Notes under the pieces: model-generated
Seen by the model: only the letters and a program-made list of their open reading frames with translations
Databases searched by the model: none
Told to the model about the DNA's origin: nothing
NCBI GenBank assembly: GCA_964016885.1
Contig: OZ024740.1
Span: 19,096,001-19,160,000 of the forward strand
Direction: 5' to 3'
Length of the DNA stretch: 64,000 nucleotides
Source: Eledone cirrhosa
Lineage: Eukaryota
Translations under genes and position numbers: made by a program
In this document: piece after piece, positions 1-13,499 of the stretch
Position numbering within the stretch: the stretch's first letter is position 1
Layout of the letters: every line of letters begins with the position of its first letter

Positions 1-94
1 TATGTGTCTATCTATCTATGTATCATTCTATCTATCTATATGTCTGTCTGTCTGTCTGTATGTATGTCTGTCTGTCTTCTATCTATCTATCTAT
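1..94. repeat. compound (TCTA)n/(TCTG)n microsatellite
   Basis: Read directly from the sequence. Confidence 0.9.
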
Positions 95-336
95 TTAGAC
101 TTACAACAATCTGCAACATCGAAACTCTGTATGGGAACGTCAAATATTCCACGCTTTGTTTTTCGATATAAGAAGCGATATCATCAAACAAAAGCGTTTT
201 CCTGGTGTTCGTTATAATGCTGGTATTGGTATCGTAAATAGTAATGAATGTCTTACCGGACTCTAAGTACGACAAGGCTCCTCCTCATAGTCTTGTGCTT
301 CTGTTTAACCAGCACTCTGCCTCCCAACCACATAAT

Positions 337-521
337 TGTTTCTACTTTTGGCACAAGGCCAGCAATTACGCAGTACATTACTGGTACTTTATTTTATCGA
401 CCCCGTAAGGATGAAAGGCAAAGTTAACCTCGGCTGGATTTGAACTCAGAATGGCAAGGGCCGTAACTCTATGCGTCAAAGCATGGCCTCCAACCCTCTA
501 CCGATACTGCCAATTCACCGC
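337..521 (-). mobile_element. tRNA-derived SINE with Deu/Nin-like central domain
   Basis: Reverse complement has a tRNA-like head (GGCGGTGAATTGGCAG...TCTGAGTTCAAATCC) followed by GCCGAGGTTAACTTTGCCTTTCATCCTTACGGGGTCGATAAAATAAAGTACCAG; homologous to 12584-12745. Confidence 0.85.
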
Positions 522-785
522 CCTAGTCTTACCTAATAATAATTTTCTAGTGGGATCTGCCCCTTGGGCTGTATTCGGGGTAAACATTATCCTCCCCTAT
601 GTCAGATTTTGTAGGGTGTATTTTAACCACAATGGTACCTGGCTGAACGTCATACCCTCGCGGACCCTCGGGATCTGCGAGCAACACAAATACCCTTACT
701 GTTCCATGATAGACTGTTTCGGAGGTTTTCATTCCCTGTCATGTACCCTCAACACTTTGAAAAACTTAGTTCCCCTGCTATAATA

Positions 786-3700
786 TCGTTGTCTTCCTTT
801 GTTCCTCATATCATTGTGTTCTTAATATCATTGTGTTCCTCACACCGCTGTGTTCCTCGTATCGTTGTGTTCCTCACGTTGTGTTCCTCACGTTGTGTTC
901 CTCACGTTGTGTTCCTCACGTTGTGTTCTTCACGTTGTGTTCTTCACGTTGTGTTCCTCACGTTGTGTTCTTAATATCGTTGTGTTCCTCACACCGTTGT
1001 GTTCCTCGTATCGTTGTGTTCCTCGCGTTGTGTTCCTCACGTTGTGTTCCTCACGTTGTGTTCCTCACGTTGTGTTCCTCACGTTGTGTTCTTCACGTTG
1101 TGTTCCTCACGCTGTGTTCCTCACATCGTTGTGTTCCTCACACCGTTGTGTTCCTCGTATCGTTGTGTTCCTCGCGTTGTGTTCCTCACGTTGTGTTCCT
1201 CACGTTGTGTTCCTCACGTTGTGTTCTTCACGTTGTGTTCTTCACGTTGTGTTCTTCACGTTGTGTTCCTCACGTTGTGTTCCTCACATCGTTGTGTTCC
1301 TCACACCGTTGTGTTCCTCGTATCGTTGTGTTCCTCGCGTTGTGTTCCTCACGTTGTGTTCCTCACGTTGTGTTCCTCACGTTGTGTTCCTCACGTTGTG
1401 TTCTTCACGTTGTGTTCCTCACGTTGTGTTCCTCACATCGTTGTGTTCCTCACACCGTTGTGTTCCTCGTATCGTTGTGTTCCTCGCGTTGTGTTCCTCA
1501 CGTTGTGTTCCTCACGTTGTGTTCCTCACGTTGTGTTCTTCACGTTGTGTTCTTCACGTTGTGTTCTTCACGTTGTGTTCCTCACATCGTTGTGTTCCTC
1601 ACACCGTTGTGTTCCTCGTATCGTTGTGTTCCTCGCGTTGTGTTCCTCACGTTGTGTTCCTCACGTTGTGTTCCTCACATCGTTGTGTTCCTCACACCGC
1701 TGTGCTCCTCGCGTTGTATTCCTTTGTTCCTCACATCGTTTTTTTTTAAATATCGTTGTGTTCCTCACACCGCTGTGTTCTTCACGTTGTGTTCCTCACA
1801 TAGTTGTGTTCCTCATATGGTTGTGTTCCTCGTATCGTTGTGTTCCTCACGTTGTGTTCCTCATATGGTTGTGTTCCTCACATCGTTGTGTTCCTCACAT
1901 CGTTGTGTTCCTCACATCGTTGTGTTCCTCGCGTTGTGTTCCTCACTTGTTGTGTTCCTCACATCGTTGTGTTCCTCACATCGTTTTGTTCCTCACATCG
2001 TTGTGTTCCTCACGTTGTGTTCCTCTCGTTGTGTTCCTCACATCGTTGTGTTCCTCACGTTGTGTTCCTCTCGTTGTGTTCCTCTCGTTGTGTTCCTCAC
2101 GTTGTGTTCCTCACATCGTTGTGTTCCTCGTATCGTTGTGTTCCTCACATCGTTGTGTTCCTCACGTTGTGTTCCTCTCGTTGTGTTCCTGTCGTTGTGT
2201 TCCTCACGTTGTGTTCCCCACATCGTTGTGTTCCTCATATCGTTGTGTTCCTCATATCGTTGTGTTCCTCACGTTGTGTTTCTCACGTTGTGTTCCTCTC
2301 GTTGTGTTCACCACTTGTTGCGTTCCTCACATCGTTGTGTTCCTCACATCGTTGTGTTCCTTATACCGTTGTGTTCCTCACATCGTTGTGTTCCTCACAC
2401 CGTTGTGTTCCTCGTATCGTTGTGTTCCTCACGTTGTGTTCCTCGTATCGTTGTGTTCCTCACATCGTTGTGTTCCTCACATCGTTGTGTTCCTCACATC
2501 GTTGTGTTCCTCACATCGTTGTGTTCCTCATATCGTTGTGTTCCTCACATCGTTGTGTTCCTCACGTTCTGTTCCTCATATCGTTGTGTTCCTCACGTTG
2601 TGTCCCTCACATCGTTGTGTTCCTCACATCGTTGTGTTCCTCACATCGTTGTGTTCCTCACGTTGTGTTCCTCACGTTGTGTTCCTCTCGTTGTGTTCAT
2701 CACTTGTTGTGTTCGTCACATCGTTGTGTTCCTCACATCGTTGTGTTCCTCATATCGTTGTGTTCCTCACATCGTTGTGTTCCTCACATCGTTGTGTTCC
2801 TCACGTTCTGTTCCTCATATCGTTGTGTTCCTCACGTTGTGTTCCTCACATTGTGGTGTTCCTCATATCGTTGTGTTCCTCGTATCGTTGTGTACCTTAT
2901 GTTGTGTTCCTGACGTTGTGTTCCTCACATCGTTGTGTTCCTCACATCGTTGTGTTCCTCACATCGTTGTGTCCCTTATGTTGTGTTCCTGACGTTGTGT
3001 TCCTCACATCGTTGTGTTCCTCACATCGTTGTGTTCCTCACATCGTTGTGTTCCTCACGTTGTGTTCCTCTCGTCGTGTTCCTCACGTTGTGTTCCTCAC
3101 ATCGTTGTGTCCCTCACATCGTCGTGTTCCTCACGTTGTGGCCCTCACATCGTTGTGTTCCTCGTATCGTTGTGTTCCTCTCGTTGTGTTCCTAACGTTG
3201 TGTTCCTCTCGTTGTTCCTCACGTTGTGTTCCTCACTTTGTGTTCCTCATATCGTTGTGTTCCTCATATCGTTGTGTTCCTCACGTTGTGTTCCTCACGT
3301 TGTGTTCCTCACGTTGTGTTCCTCACATCGTTGTGTTCCTCACGTTGTGTTCCTCGTATCGTTGTGTTCCTCACGTTGTGTTCCTCACATCGTTGTGTTC
3401 CTCACGTTGTGTTCCTCTCGTTGTATTCCTCACGTTGTGTTCCTCACGTTGTGTTCCTCACATCGTTGTGTTCCTCACATCGTTGTGTTCCTCACATCGT
3501 TGTGTTCCTCACATCGTTGTGTTCCTCACGTTGTGTTCCTCACATCGTTGTGTTCCTCACGTTGTGTTCCTCTCGTTGTGTTCCTCACGTTGTGTCCCTC
3601 ACATCGTTGTGTTCCTCGTATCGTTGTGTTCGTCACGTTGTGTTCCTCACGTTGTGTTCCTCTCGTTGTGTTCCTCTCGTTGTGTTCCTCACGTTGTGTT

Positions 3701-6700
3701 CCTCACGTTGTGTTCCTCACGTTGTGTTCCTCATATCGTTGTGTTCCTCGTATCGTTGTGTTCCTCACGTTGTGTTCCTCACATCGTTGTGTTCCTCACG
3801 TTGTGTTCCTCGTATCGTTGTGTTCCTCACGTTGTGTTCCTCACATCGTTGTGTTCCTCACCTTGTGTTCCTCGTATCGTTGTGTTCCTCACGTTGTGTT
3901 CCTCTCGTTGTGTTCCTCACGTTGTGTTCCTCACGTTGTGTTCCTCACATCGTTGTGTTCCTCACATCGTTGTGTTCCTCACATCGTTGTGTTCCTCACA
4001 TCGTTGTGTTCCTCACATCGTTGTGTTCCTCACGTTGTGTTCCTCACATCGTTGTGTTCCTCACGTTGTGTTCCTCTCGTTGTGTTCCTCACGTTGTGTC
4101 CCTCACATCGTTGTGTTCCTCATATCGTTGTGTTCCTCACGTTGTGTTCCTCACATCGTTGTGTTCCTAACGTTGTGTTCCTCTCGTTGTGTTCCTCACG
4201 TTGTGTCCCTCACATCGTTGTGTTCCTCGTATCGTTATGTTCCTCACGTTGTGTTCCTCTCGTTGTGTTCCTCACGTTGTGTTCCTCACATCGTTGTGTT
4301 CCTCACGTTGTGTTCCTCTCGTTGTGTTCCTCACGTTGTGTTCCTCACATCGTTGTGTTCCTCGTATCGTTGTGTTCCTCACGTTGTGTTCCTCACATCG
4401 TTGTGTTCCTCACGTTGTTTTCCTCGTATCGTTGTGTTCCTCACGTTGTGTTCCTCACATCGTTGTGTTCCTCACGCTGTGTTCCTCGTATCGTTGTGTT
4501 CCTCACGTTGTGTTCCTCTCGTTGTGTTCCTCACGTTGTGTTCCTCACGTTGTGTTCCTCACATCGTTGTGTTCCTCACATCGTTGTGTTCCTCACATCG
4601 TTGTGTTCCTCACGTTGTGTTCCTCACATCGTTGTGTTCCTCACGTTGTGTTCCTCTCGTTGTGTTCCTCACGTTGTGTCCCTCACATCGTTGTGTTCCT
4701 CATATCGTTGTGTTCCTCACGTTGTGTTCCTCACATCGTTGTGTTCCTAACATTGTGTTCCTCTCGTTGTGTTCCTCACGTTGTGTCCCTCACATCGTTG
4801 TGTTCCTCGCATCGTTGTGTTCCTCACGTTGTGTTCCTCCCGTTGTGTTCCTCACGTTGTGTTCCTCACATCGTTGTGTTCCTCACATCGTTGTGTTCCT
4901 CACATCGTTGTGTTCCTCTCGTTGTATTCCTCACATCGCTGTGTTCCTCACGTTGTGTTCCTCTCGTTGTGTTCCTCTCGTTGTGTTCCTCACGTTGTGT
5001 TCCTCTCATCGTTGTGTTCCTCGTATCGTTGTGTTCCTCACATCGTTGTGTTGCTCACGTTGTGTTCCTCTCGTTGTGTTCCTGTCGTTGTGTTCCTCAC
5101 GTTGTGTTCCCCACATCGTTGTGTTCCTCATATCGTTGTGTTCCTCATATCGTTGTGTTCCTCACGTTGTATTTCTCACGTTGTGTTCCTCTCGTTGTGT
5201 TCATCACTTGTTGCGTTCCTCACATCGTTGTGTTCCTCACATCGTTGTGTTCCTCATACCGTTGTGTTCCTCACATCGTTGTGTTCCTCACACCGTTGTG
5301 TTCCTCGTATCGTTGTGTTCCTCACGTTGTGTTCCTCGTATCGTTGTGTTCCTCACATCGTTGTGGTCCTCACATCGTTGTGTTCCTCACATCGTTGTGT
5401 TCCTCACATCGCTGTGTTCCTCATATCGTTGTGTTCCTCACATCGTTGTGTTCCTCACGTTCTGTTCCTCATATCGTTGTGTTCCTCACGTTGTGTCCCT
5501 CACATCGTTGTGTTCCTCACATCGTTGTGTTCCTCACATCGTTGTGTTCCTCACGTTGTGTTCCTCACGTTGTGTTCCTCTCGTTGTGTTCATCACTTGT
5601 TGTGTTCCTCACATCGTTGTGTTCCTCACATCGTTGTGTTCCTCATACCGTTGTGTTCCTCACATCGTTGTGTTCCTCACATCGTTGTGTTCCTCACGTT
5701 CTGTTCCTCATATCGTTGTGTTCCTCACGTTGTGTTCCTCACATTGTGGTGTTCCTCATGTCGTTGTGTTCCTCGTATCGTTGTGTCCCTTATGTTGTCT
5801 TCCTGACGTTGTGTTCCTCACATCGTTGTGTTCCTCACATCGTTGTGTTCCTCACATCGTTGTGTCCCTTATGTTGTGTTCCTGACGTTGTGTTCCTCAC
5901 ATCGTTGTGTTCCTCACATCGTTGTGTTCCTCACGTTGTGTTCCTCTCGTCGTGTTCCTCACGTTGTGTTCCTCACATCGTTGTGTCCCTCACATCGTCG
6001 TGTTCCTCACGTTGTGTCCCTCACATCGTTGTGTTCCTCACATCGTTGTGTTCCTCACGTTGTGTTCCTCACATCGTTGTGTTCCTCACGTTGTGTTCCT
6101 CTCGTTGTGTTCCTCACGTTGTGTCCCTCACATCGTTGTGTTCCTCATATCGTTGTGTTCCTCACGTTGTGTTCCTCACATCGTTGTGTTCCTAACATTG
6201 TGTTCCTCTCGTTGTGTTCCTCACGTTGTGTTCCTCTCGTTGTGTTCCTCACGTTGTGTTCCTCACATCGTTGTGTTCCTCGTATCGTTGTGTTCCTCAC
6301 GTTGTGTTCCTCACATCGTTGTGTTCCTCACGTTGTTTTCCTCGTATCGTTGTGTTTCTCACGTTGTGTTCCTCACATCGTTGTGTTCCTCACGCTGTGT
6401 ACCTCGTATCGTTGTGTTCCTCACGTTGTGTTCCTCTCGTTGTGTTCCTCACGTTGTGTTCCTCACGTTGTGTTCCTCACATCGTTGTGTTCCTCACATC
6501 GTTGTGTTCCTCACGTTGTGTTCCTCACATCGTTGTGTTCCTCACGTTGTGTTCCTCTCGTTGTGTTCCTCACGTTGTGTCCCTCACATCGTTGTGTTCC
6601 TCGCATCGTTGTGTTCCTCACGTTGTGTTCCTCCCGTTGTGTTCCTCACGTTGTGTTCCTCACATCGTTGTGTTCCTCACGTTGTGTTCCTCTCGATGTG

Positions 6701-9700
6701 TTCCTCACGTTGTGTTCCTCACATCGTTGTGTTCCTCACATCGTTGTGTTCCTCACATCGTTGTGTTCCTCTCGTTGTATTCCTCACATCGCTGTGTTCC
6801 TCACGTTGTGTTCCTCTCGTTGTGTTCCTCTCGTTGTGTTCCTCACGTTGTGTTCCTCTCATCGTTGTGTTCCTCGTATCGTTGTGTTCCTCACATCGTT
6901 TTTGTTCCTCACGTTGTGTTCCTCTCGTTGTGTTCCTGTCGTTGTGTTCCTCACGTTGTGTTCCCCACATCATTGTGTTCCTCATATCGTTGTGTTCCTC
7001 ATATCGTTGTGTTCCTCACGTTGTATTTCTCACGTTGTGTTCCTCTCGTTGTGTTCATCACTTGTTGCGTTCCTCACATCGTTGTGTTCCTCACATCGTT
7101 GTGTTCCTCACATCGTTGTGTTCCTCATACCGTTGTGTTCCTCACATCGTTGTGTTCCTCACACCGTTGTGTTCCTCGTATCGTTGTGTTCCTCACGTTG
7201 TGTTCCTCGTATCGTTGTGTTCCTCACATCGTTGTGGTCCTCACATCGTTGTGTTCCTCACATCGTTGTGTTCCTCACATCGTTGTGTTCCTCATATCGT
7301 TGTGTTCCTCACATCGTTGTGTTCCTCACGTTCTGTTCCTCATATCGTTGTGTTCCTCACGTTGTGTCCCTCACATCGTTGTGTTCCTCACATCGTTGTG
7401 TTCCTCACATCGTTGTGTTCCTCACGTTGTGTTCCTCACGTTGTGTTCCTCTCGTTGTGTTAATCACTTGTTGTGTTCCTCACATCGTTGTGTTCCTCAC
7501 ATCGTTGTGTTCCTCATACCGTTGTGTTCCTCACATTGTTGTGTTCCTCACATCGCTGTGTTCCTCACGTTCTGTTCCTCATATCGTTGTGTTCCTCACG
7601 TTGTGTTCCTCACATTGTGGTGTTCCTCATGTCGTTGTGTTCCTCGTATCGTTGTGTCCCTTATGTTGTCTTCCTGACGTTGTGTTCCTCACATCGTTGT
7701 GTTCCTCACATCGTTGTGTTCCTCACATCGTTGTGTCCCTTATGTTGTGTTCCTGACGTTGTGTTCCTCACATCGTTGTGTTCCTCACATCGTTGTGTTC
7801 CTCACGTTGTGTTCCTCTCGTTGTGTTCCTAACGTTGTGTTCCTCACGTTGTGTTCCTCACGTTGTGTTCCTCACATCGTTGTGTTCCTCACATCGTTGT
7901 GTTCCTCACATCGTTGTGTTCCTCACATCGTTGTGTTCCTCATATCGTTGTGTTCCTCACGTTGTGTTCCTCACATCGTTGTGTTCCTCAAGTTGTGTTC
8001 CTCTCGTTGTGTTCCTCACGTTGTGTCCCTCACATCGTTGTGTTCCTCATATCGTTGTGTTCCTCACGTTGTGTTCCTCTTGTTGTGTTCCTCACGTTGT
8101 GTTCCTCACATCGTTGTGTTCCTCACGTTGTGTTCCTCTCGTTGTGTTCCCCACGTTGTATTCCTCACATCGTTGTGTTCGTCGTATCGTTGTGTTCCTC
8201 ACGTTGTGTTCCTCACATCGTTGTGTTCCTCACGTTGTGTTCCTCGTACCGTTGTGTTCCTCACGTTGTGTTCCTCTCGTTGTGTTCCTCCCGTTGTGTT
8301 CCTCACGTTGTGTTCCTCACATCGTTGTGTTCCTCACATCGTTGTGTTCCTCACATCGTTGTGTTCCTCACGTTGTGTTCCTCACATCGTTGTGTTCCTC
8401 ACGTTGTGTTCCTCTCGTTGTGTTCCTCACGTTGTGTCCCTCACATCGTTGTGTCCCTCACATCGTTGTGTTCCTCATATCGTTGTGTTCCTCACGTTGT
8501 GTTCCTCACATCGTTGTGTTCCTCACATCGTTGTGTTCCTCACGTTGTGTTTCTCTCGTCGTGTTCCTCACGTTGTGTTCCTCACATCGTTGTGTCCCTC
8601 ACATCGTCGAGTTCCTCACGTTGTGTTCCTCATATAGTTGTGTTCCTCATATCGTTGTGTTTCTCACATCGTTGTGTTCCACACGTTGTGTTCCTCACGT
8701 TGTGTTCCTCTCGTTGTGTTCCTCTCGTTGTGTTCCCCACGTTGTGTTCCTCACGTTGTGTTCCTCACGTTGTGTTCCTCATATCGTTGTGTTCCTCTTA
8801 TCGTTGTGTTCCTCACGTTGTGTTCCTCACGTTGTGTTCCTCACATCGTTGTGTTCCTCACGTTGTGTTCCTCGTATCGTTGTGTTCCTCACGTTGTGTT
8901 CCTCGTATCGTTGTGTTCCTCACGTTGTGTTCCTCTCGTTGTGTTCCTCACGTTGTGTTCCTCACGTTGTGTTCCTCACATCGTTGTGTTCCTCACATCG
9001 TTGTGTTCCTCACATCGTTGTGTTCGTCACGTTGTGTTCCTCACATCGTTGTGTTCCTCACGTTGTGTTCCTCTCGTTGTGTTCCTCACGTTGTGTCCCT
9101 CACATCGTTGTGTTCCTCATATCGTTGTGTTCCTCACGTTGTGTCCCTCACATCGTTGTGTTCCTCATATCGTTGTGTTCCTCACGTTGTGTTCCTCACA
9201 TCGTTGTGTTCCTAACGTTGTGTTCCTCTCGTTGTGTTCCTCTCGTTGTGTTCCTCACGTTGTGTCCCTCACATCGTTGTGTTCCTCGTATCGTTGTGTT
9301 CCTCACGTTGTGTTCCTCCCGTTGTGTTCCTCACGTTGTGTTCCTCACATCGTTGTGTTCCTCACGTTGTGTTCCTCTCGTTGTGTTCCTCACGTTGTGT
9401 TCCTCACATCGTTGTGTTCCTCGTATCGTTGTGTTCCTCACGTTGTGTTCCTCTCGTTGTGTTCCTCACGTTGTGTTCCTCACATCGTTGTGTTCCTCGT
9501 ATCGTTGTGTTCCTCACGTTGTGTTCCTCTCGTTGTGTTCCTCACGTTGTGTTCCTCACATCGTTGTGTTCCTCACGTTGTGTTCCTCTCGTTGTGTTCC
9601 TCACGTTGTGTTCCTCACATCGTTGTGTTCCTCACGTTGTGTTCCTCACATCGTTGTGTTCCTCACGTTGTGTCCTTCACATCGTTGTGTTCCTCACGTT

Positions 9701-10455
9701 GTGTTCCTAACGTTGTGTTCCTCGCGTTGTGTTTCTCACGTTATGTTCCTCTCGTTGTGTTCCTCACGTTGTGTTCCTCTCGTTGTGTTCCTCACGTTGT
9801 GTTCCTCATATCGTTGTGTTCCTCGTATCGTTGTGTCCCTTACATTGTGTTCCTCACGTTGTGTTCCTCACATCGTTGTGTTCCTCACATCGTTGTGTTC
9901 CTCATATCGTTGTGTCCCTTATGTTGTGTTCCTCACGTTGTGTTCCTCACATCGTTGTGTTCCTCACGTTGTGTTCCTCACGTTGTTTTCCTCACGTTGT
10001 GTTCCTCTCGTTGTGTTCCTCGCGTTGTGTTCCTCTCGCTGTGTTCCTCACATCGTTGTGTTCCTCACATCGTTGTGTTCCTCATATCGTTGTGTCCCTT
10101 ATGTTGTGTTCCTCACGTTGTGTTCCTCACGTCGTTGTGTTCCTCACATCGTTGTGTTCCTCACATCGTTGTCTTCCTCGTATCGTTGTGTTCCTCACGT
10201 TGTGTTCCTCACGTTGTGTTCCTCACATCGTTGTGTTCCTCACGTTGTGTTCCTCGTATCGTTGTGTTCCTCACATCGTTGTGTTCCTCACATCGTTGTG
10301 TTCCTCACATCGTTGTGTTCCTCACACCGTTGTGTTCCTCGTATCATTGTGTTCCTCACGTTGTGTTCCTCGTATCGTTGTGTTCCTCACATCGTTGTGT
10401 TCCTCACATCGTTGTGTTCCTCACATCGTTGTGTTTCTCACATCATGTGTTCCTA
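786..10455. repeat. ~9.7 kb tandem satellite of mixed 14-bp (CGTTGTGTTCCTCA) and 17-bp (CATCGTTGTGTTCCTCA) units
   Basis: Near-invariant core GTTGTGTTCCT with 3- or 6-nt variable linkers throughout. The long + strand ORFs reflect stop-free units. Confidence 0.98.
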
Positions 10456-10556
10456 ATATCCTATGTCATATGGACTTCAATCGATGTTGGTGACGTTTAT
10501 TAAAGATTATATAAGATCGGATAAGAATTTGGCCTCATGTTTCTTTAAGGAAATAT

Positions 10557-12270
10557 CCATTCTGTATGTATTGACTCTAGAGCCACTACTGCGGAAATTG
10601 GAGCTGTTGCAGGGCCTCCCCCTAGAACCGGGACTGCGCAAAGCGGCGTCAGCTTATGCCGACGACGTGACGGTATTGGTGTCGAGTACCTCGGAAATCG
10701 GGGTGATCGGCAACATACTGAAAGAATACGAAATGCTGACGAGAGCAAAACTAAACCCAGACAAGTCTGTCGGTTTGCAACTCGGTATGTGGAGAGGCAG
10801 ACCGATGACATCCGACAGCGTCGTTGGACGCTGGAGGGACGGACCGGTGAAATTGCTCGGGGTCTGGTTCGGTCCAGACCTCCAGGTGGAGAAAAACTGG
10901 AACGAGGTCACGGCCAAGGTGTTTGCACTCACTCAGAAGTGGGCAGAGTGCAAACTGTCCTTGAAAGGTCGAGCGGAGGTGGCGAACACTTTCATAGCGT
11001 CCGTCATCTACGACCGCTTGACTGTCGTGCCTTGTCCCCGTGAACACCTCGCCAAGATGGAACGCATCCTCTTCCAGTTTCTGTGGAATAAGCAGGCTCC
11101 GCTGGTGAGGAGATCCGTCTGCTGTCAGCACCCTTCCAACGGAGGGCTGGGAATGCCGTGGCTGATGATGCGCAAACATGCGCTGAGGCTGCGGCATCTC
11201 CAGGTATTCCTCACCGACCTCCAACCGGTGTGGGAACCGTTTGTGAGACAGGCTTTCCCACAGCTCGTCTCGCTAACGGAGCTGCAGTCCTGGGTGAAGA
11301 AAAGACCGAAAACGATGGGCGCCTGGCACATTGAATGCGCTCAGGCACTCACAGTCCTCTGGCAAGCGGGCGCAGAAATCAGTGGAGACTCCACTTCGAC
11401 ATTCTATAGAGGGATTGTACGTTACAAAGGCGACGACGTGCTCGGAGAGACTCTGGGCGTCGGAGACGATGAGCTCACCAGTCTGTTTGGTAGGACTTTC
11501 CGCCCGGGACCTATGGACAACTTCCAGAGGTCCCTGGCTTGGCAGTGCTACCGAGGAGCTCTACCGGTTCGTGACAAGATCTACAGGCACGGACGCTCCG
11601 GCAGGGATCCTTCCAAGAGGACGTGTCCAAGATGTGCGCAGGACATTGAAACAGTTCTGCACGCAATTGTACACTGCCCGGGCGTAAGCGACCTGTGGAA
11701 CTATGCAGAACAACTGCTGTCGCGTATGGGACAAATACAGTTGACTGCCGAGTCCATAGTAAGGATCAAACCGCCAGACTCTTTCAAAAACGAAAGAGAG
11801 GCAGTTTTCCTCTGTACGGTGGCTATGGTGAAAGAAGTTATATGGTGGACGAGGTTGAGAGGACTGAGGACAGATGCCTTTCTCTCCGGACAACAATTGA
11901 TTCCCTTCTTTACGTATCACTTTAGAAGGAGAATCAGGGTGGAGAGAGAGGCACTGCACCCCAGTAAATTTACTGAAAGGTGGGTGAATGAAGCGAAAAT
12001 GGCCCGAGTGTTTGGGCCTTCTCTGTTTATAAGCCTGTAGGTTGAGGAAGAGAGCAAAAGGAAGAAAGGAGCACTTGCACAACACGTTCCTCGAGTTGAG
12101 GGTTGTTCTATCGACGGGGTATTAAACAACCCATTTGTGGCGCCTCCCCCTATTGGGGATTTCGATTGTTGAAATTGTTTGTTTTTATATTTTTTACACG
12201 ACTATGTAAAATCCCCGGCATGTCTTTGTATTGTCCCCTTTCTTGTTGCGCCCTTGTGGCTAATAAAGAA
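10557..12270 (+). mobile_element. 5'-truncated Tx1/L1-clade LINE (RT C-terminal half, zf-RVT, 3' UTR)
   Basis: ORF to 12040: LYVLTLEPLL, AYADDVTV, LLGVWFG, LSLKGRAEVANT, GGLGMP, CPRC..ETVLHAIVHC. AATAAA at 12262, then (ATCT)n. Confidence 0.92.
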
Positions 12271-12332
12271 ATCTATCTATCTATTTATTTATTCACCTAT
12301 CTATTTATCTATTTATCGTCAATTCTTCATAG

Positions 12333-12543
12333 AATTCAGAATAACAACGAGATGAAAAAGATAGAGGAGAAAGAGAAACTTGAAGAACAAAAGGAATTGG
12401 ACCTGAGAGCGGAGAAATGGCGTAAGGAACTTGAAGATCAAAAAAAGGAAAAACTGGAGAAGGCATTTATGTGTGCCGAAAAATACAAGGAACATTTGAA
12501 AGAGAGAATGGAATTGCAGAAGCTTGAAAATATGAAGAAATTG
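12333..12543 (+). CDS. internal host exon encoding an E/K-rich coiled coil (CFAP210/CCDC173-like, tentative)
   Basis: Acceptor TTCTTCATAG, donor TTG|GTGAGA. Encodes IQNNNEMKKIEEKEKLEEQ...LQKLENMKKL. Ends in phase 0, compatible with the exon at 52719. Confidence 0.75.
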
Positions 12544-12583
12544 GTGAGATTCTCAGTTTAGTCTGTGTCATGACATTATAATA

Positions 12584-12745
12584 GGCGGCGAATTGGCAGA
12601 TTGTTAGAACGTCGGATAAGAATGCTTTATGGTATTCATTCTGTCTCTCTGCTTTCTGAGTTTAAATCCTGCCGAAGTCAACTTTGCCTTTCATCCTTTC
12701 GAGGTCGATAAAAAAAAGTATCAGTCTAGTACTGGGGTCGATTCT
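12584..12745 (+). mobile_element. tRNA-derived SINE with Deu/Nin-like domain
   Basis: GGCGGCGAATTGGCAG head and GCCGAAGTCAACTTTGCCTTTCATCCTTTCGAGGTCGATAAAA; same family as 337-521. Confidence 0.85.
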
Positions 12746-13499
12746 TTCTCTATATCTCTTTCTCATTTCCTCTCTCTCATTTTCTATGTTTCTCTGGAAG
12801 AAATCTGCTGTACTCGGGCCTGGAGAGGAATGGGCTCCATCAGGCTTAAAATAGCCAAGAAACGCCGTATGTCAATACGGTGTCACCTCTGACTATATCA
12901 GGTGTTACGGGACGATACATACATATCCATGACTGCAAGAGGTTCGGTTGGTAAACTTTAAGATTGAGTGCATGATATATTGTAAAAACGTGTATCTATG
13001 TCAATACAGCACCCCCTATGACTCTATCAGGTGTTACGGGACCATATATGACATTATAATTGAGATCTAACACCCCGTCTCACCTGTCGCATCCAAAAGT
13101 TTTGTTTGAGGCAGAATTGTATAAAAGAAGTGTAAATAAATCATAGAATGGGAACTCACTTTGAGTGGCTAATGGGAGCGGATAGCAGTGAAGGTCTTAA
13201 ATGTTTTGATGTTCTGATGCATAAGAGAACACTTAGAGGATTCTTGGGGGATATTGTTATACTGTGTCTATCGTGTCTATCATGTTCACTGGACAACAAG
13301 ATAAGTCTTTATTTATTTTAGTAACTATGGACAATGGTCCTTATGGCGTGTCACATTTCTTCATAACTTCATAATCTTTTTTCGGCAATATCTGGATAAC
13401 TTGAAAGTTTTTTTTATTCACAGTTGTATAAAAATATCATAATATAATACCTTTTTTTGTGTTGAAAATTAGTATATATTCATAAATAACGATTCGCTT

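Noticed and set aside
99-266. Possible exon TYNNLQHRNSVWERQIFHALFFDI...GL* after an AG
   Set aside because: No recognisable homology, and the stop does not fit the coiled-coil gene; splice-like signals also occur on the opposite strand. Unresolved without RNA data.
530-785. Unique-looking sequence with short ORFs on both strands
   Set aside because: No motif recognised.
786-10455. CRISPR-like repeat/spacer appearance
   Set aside because: The spacers are 3-6 nt and reused, there are no cas genes, and the context is eukaryotic.
833-10503. Very long Cys/Val/His-rich ORFs (up to 1628 aa)
   Set aside because: All three + frames are open because the 14/17-bp units lack stops; non-triplet periodicity argues against coding.
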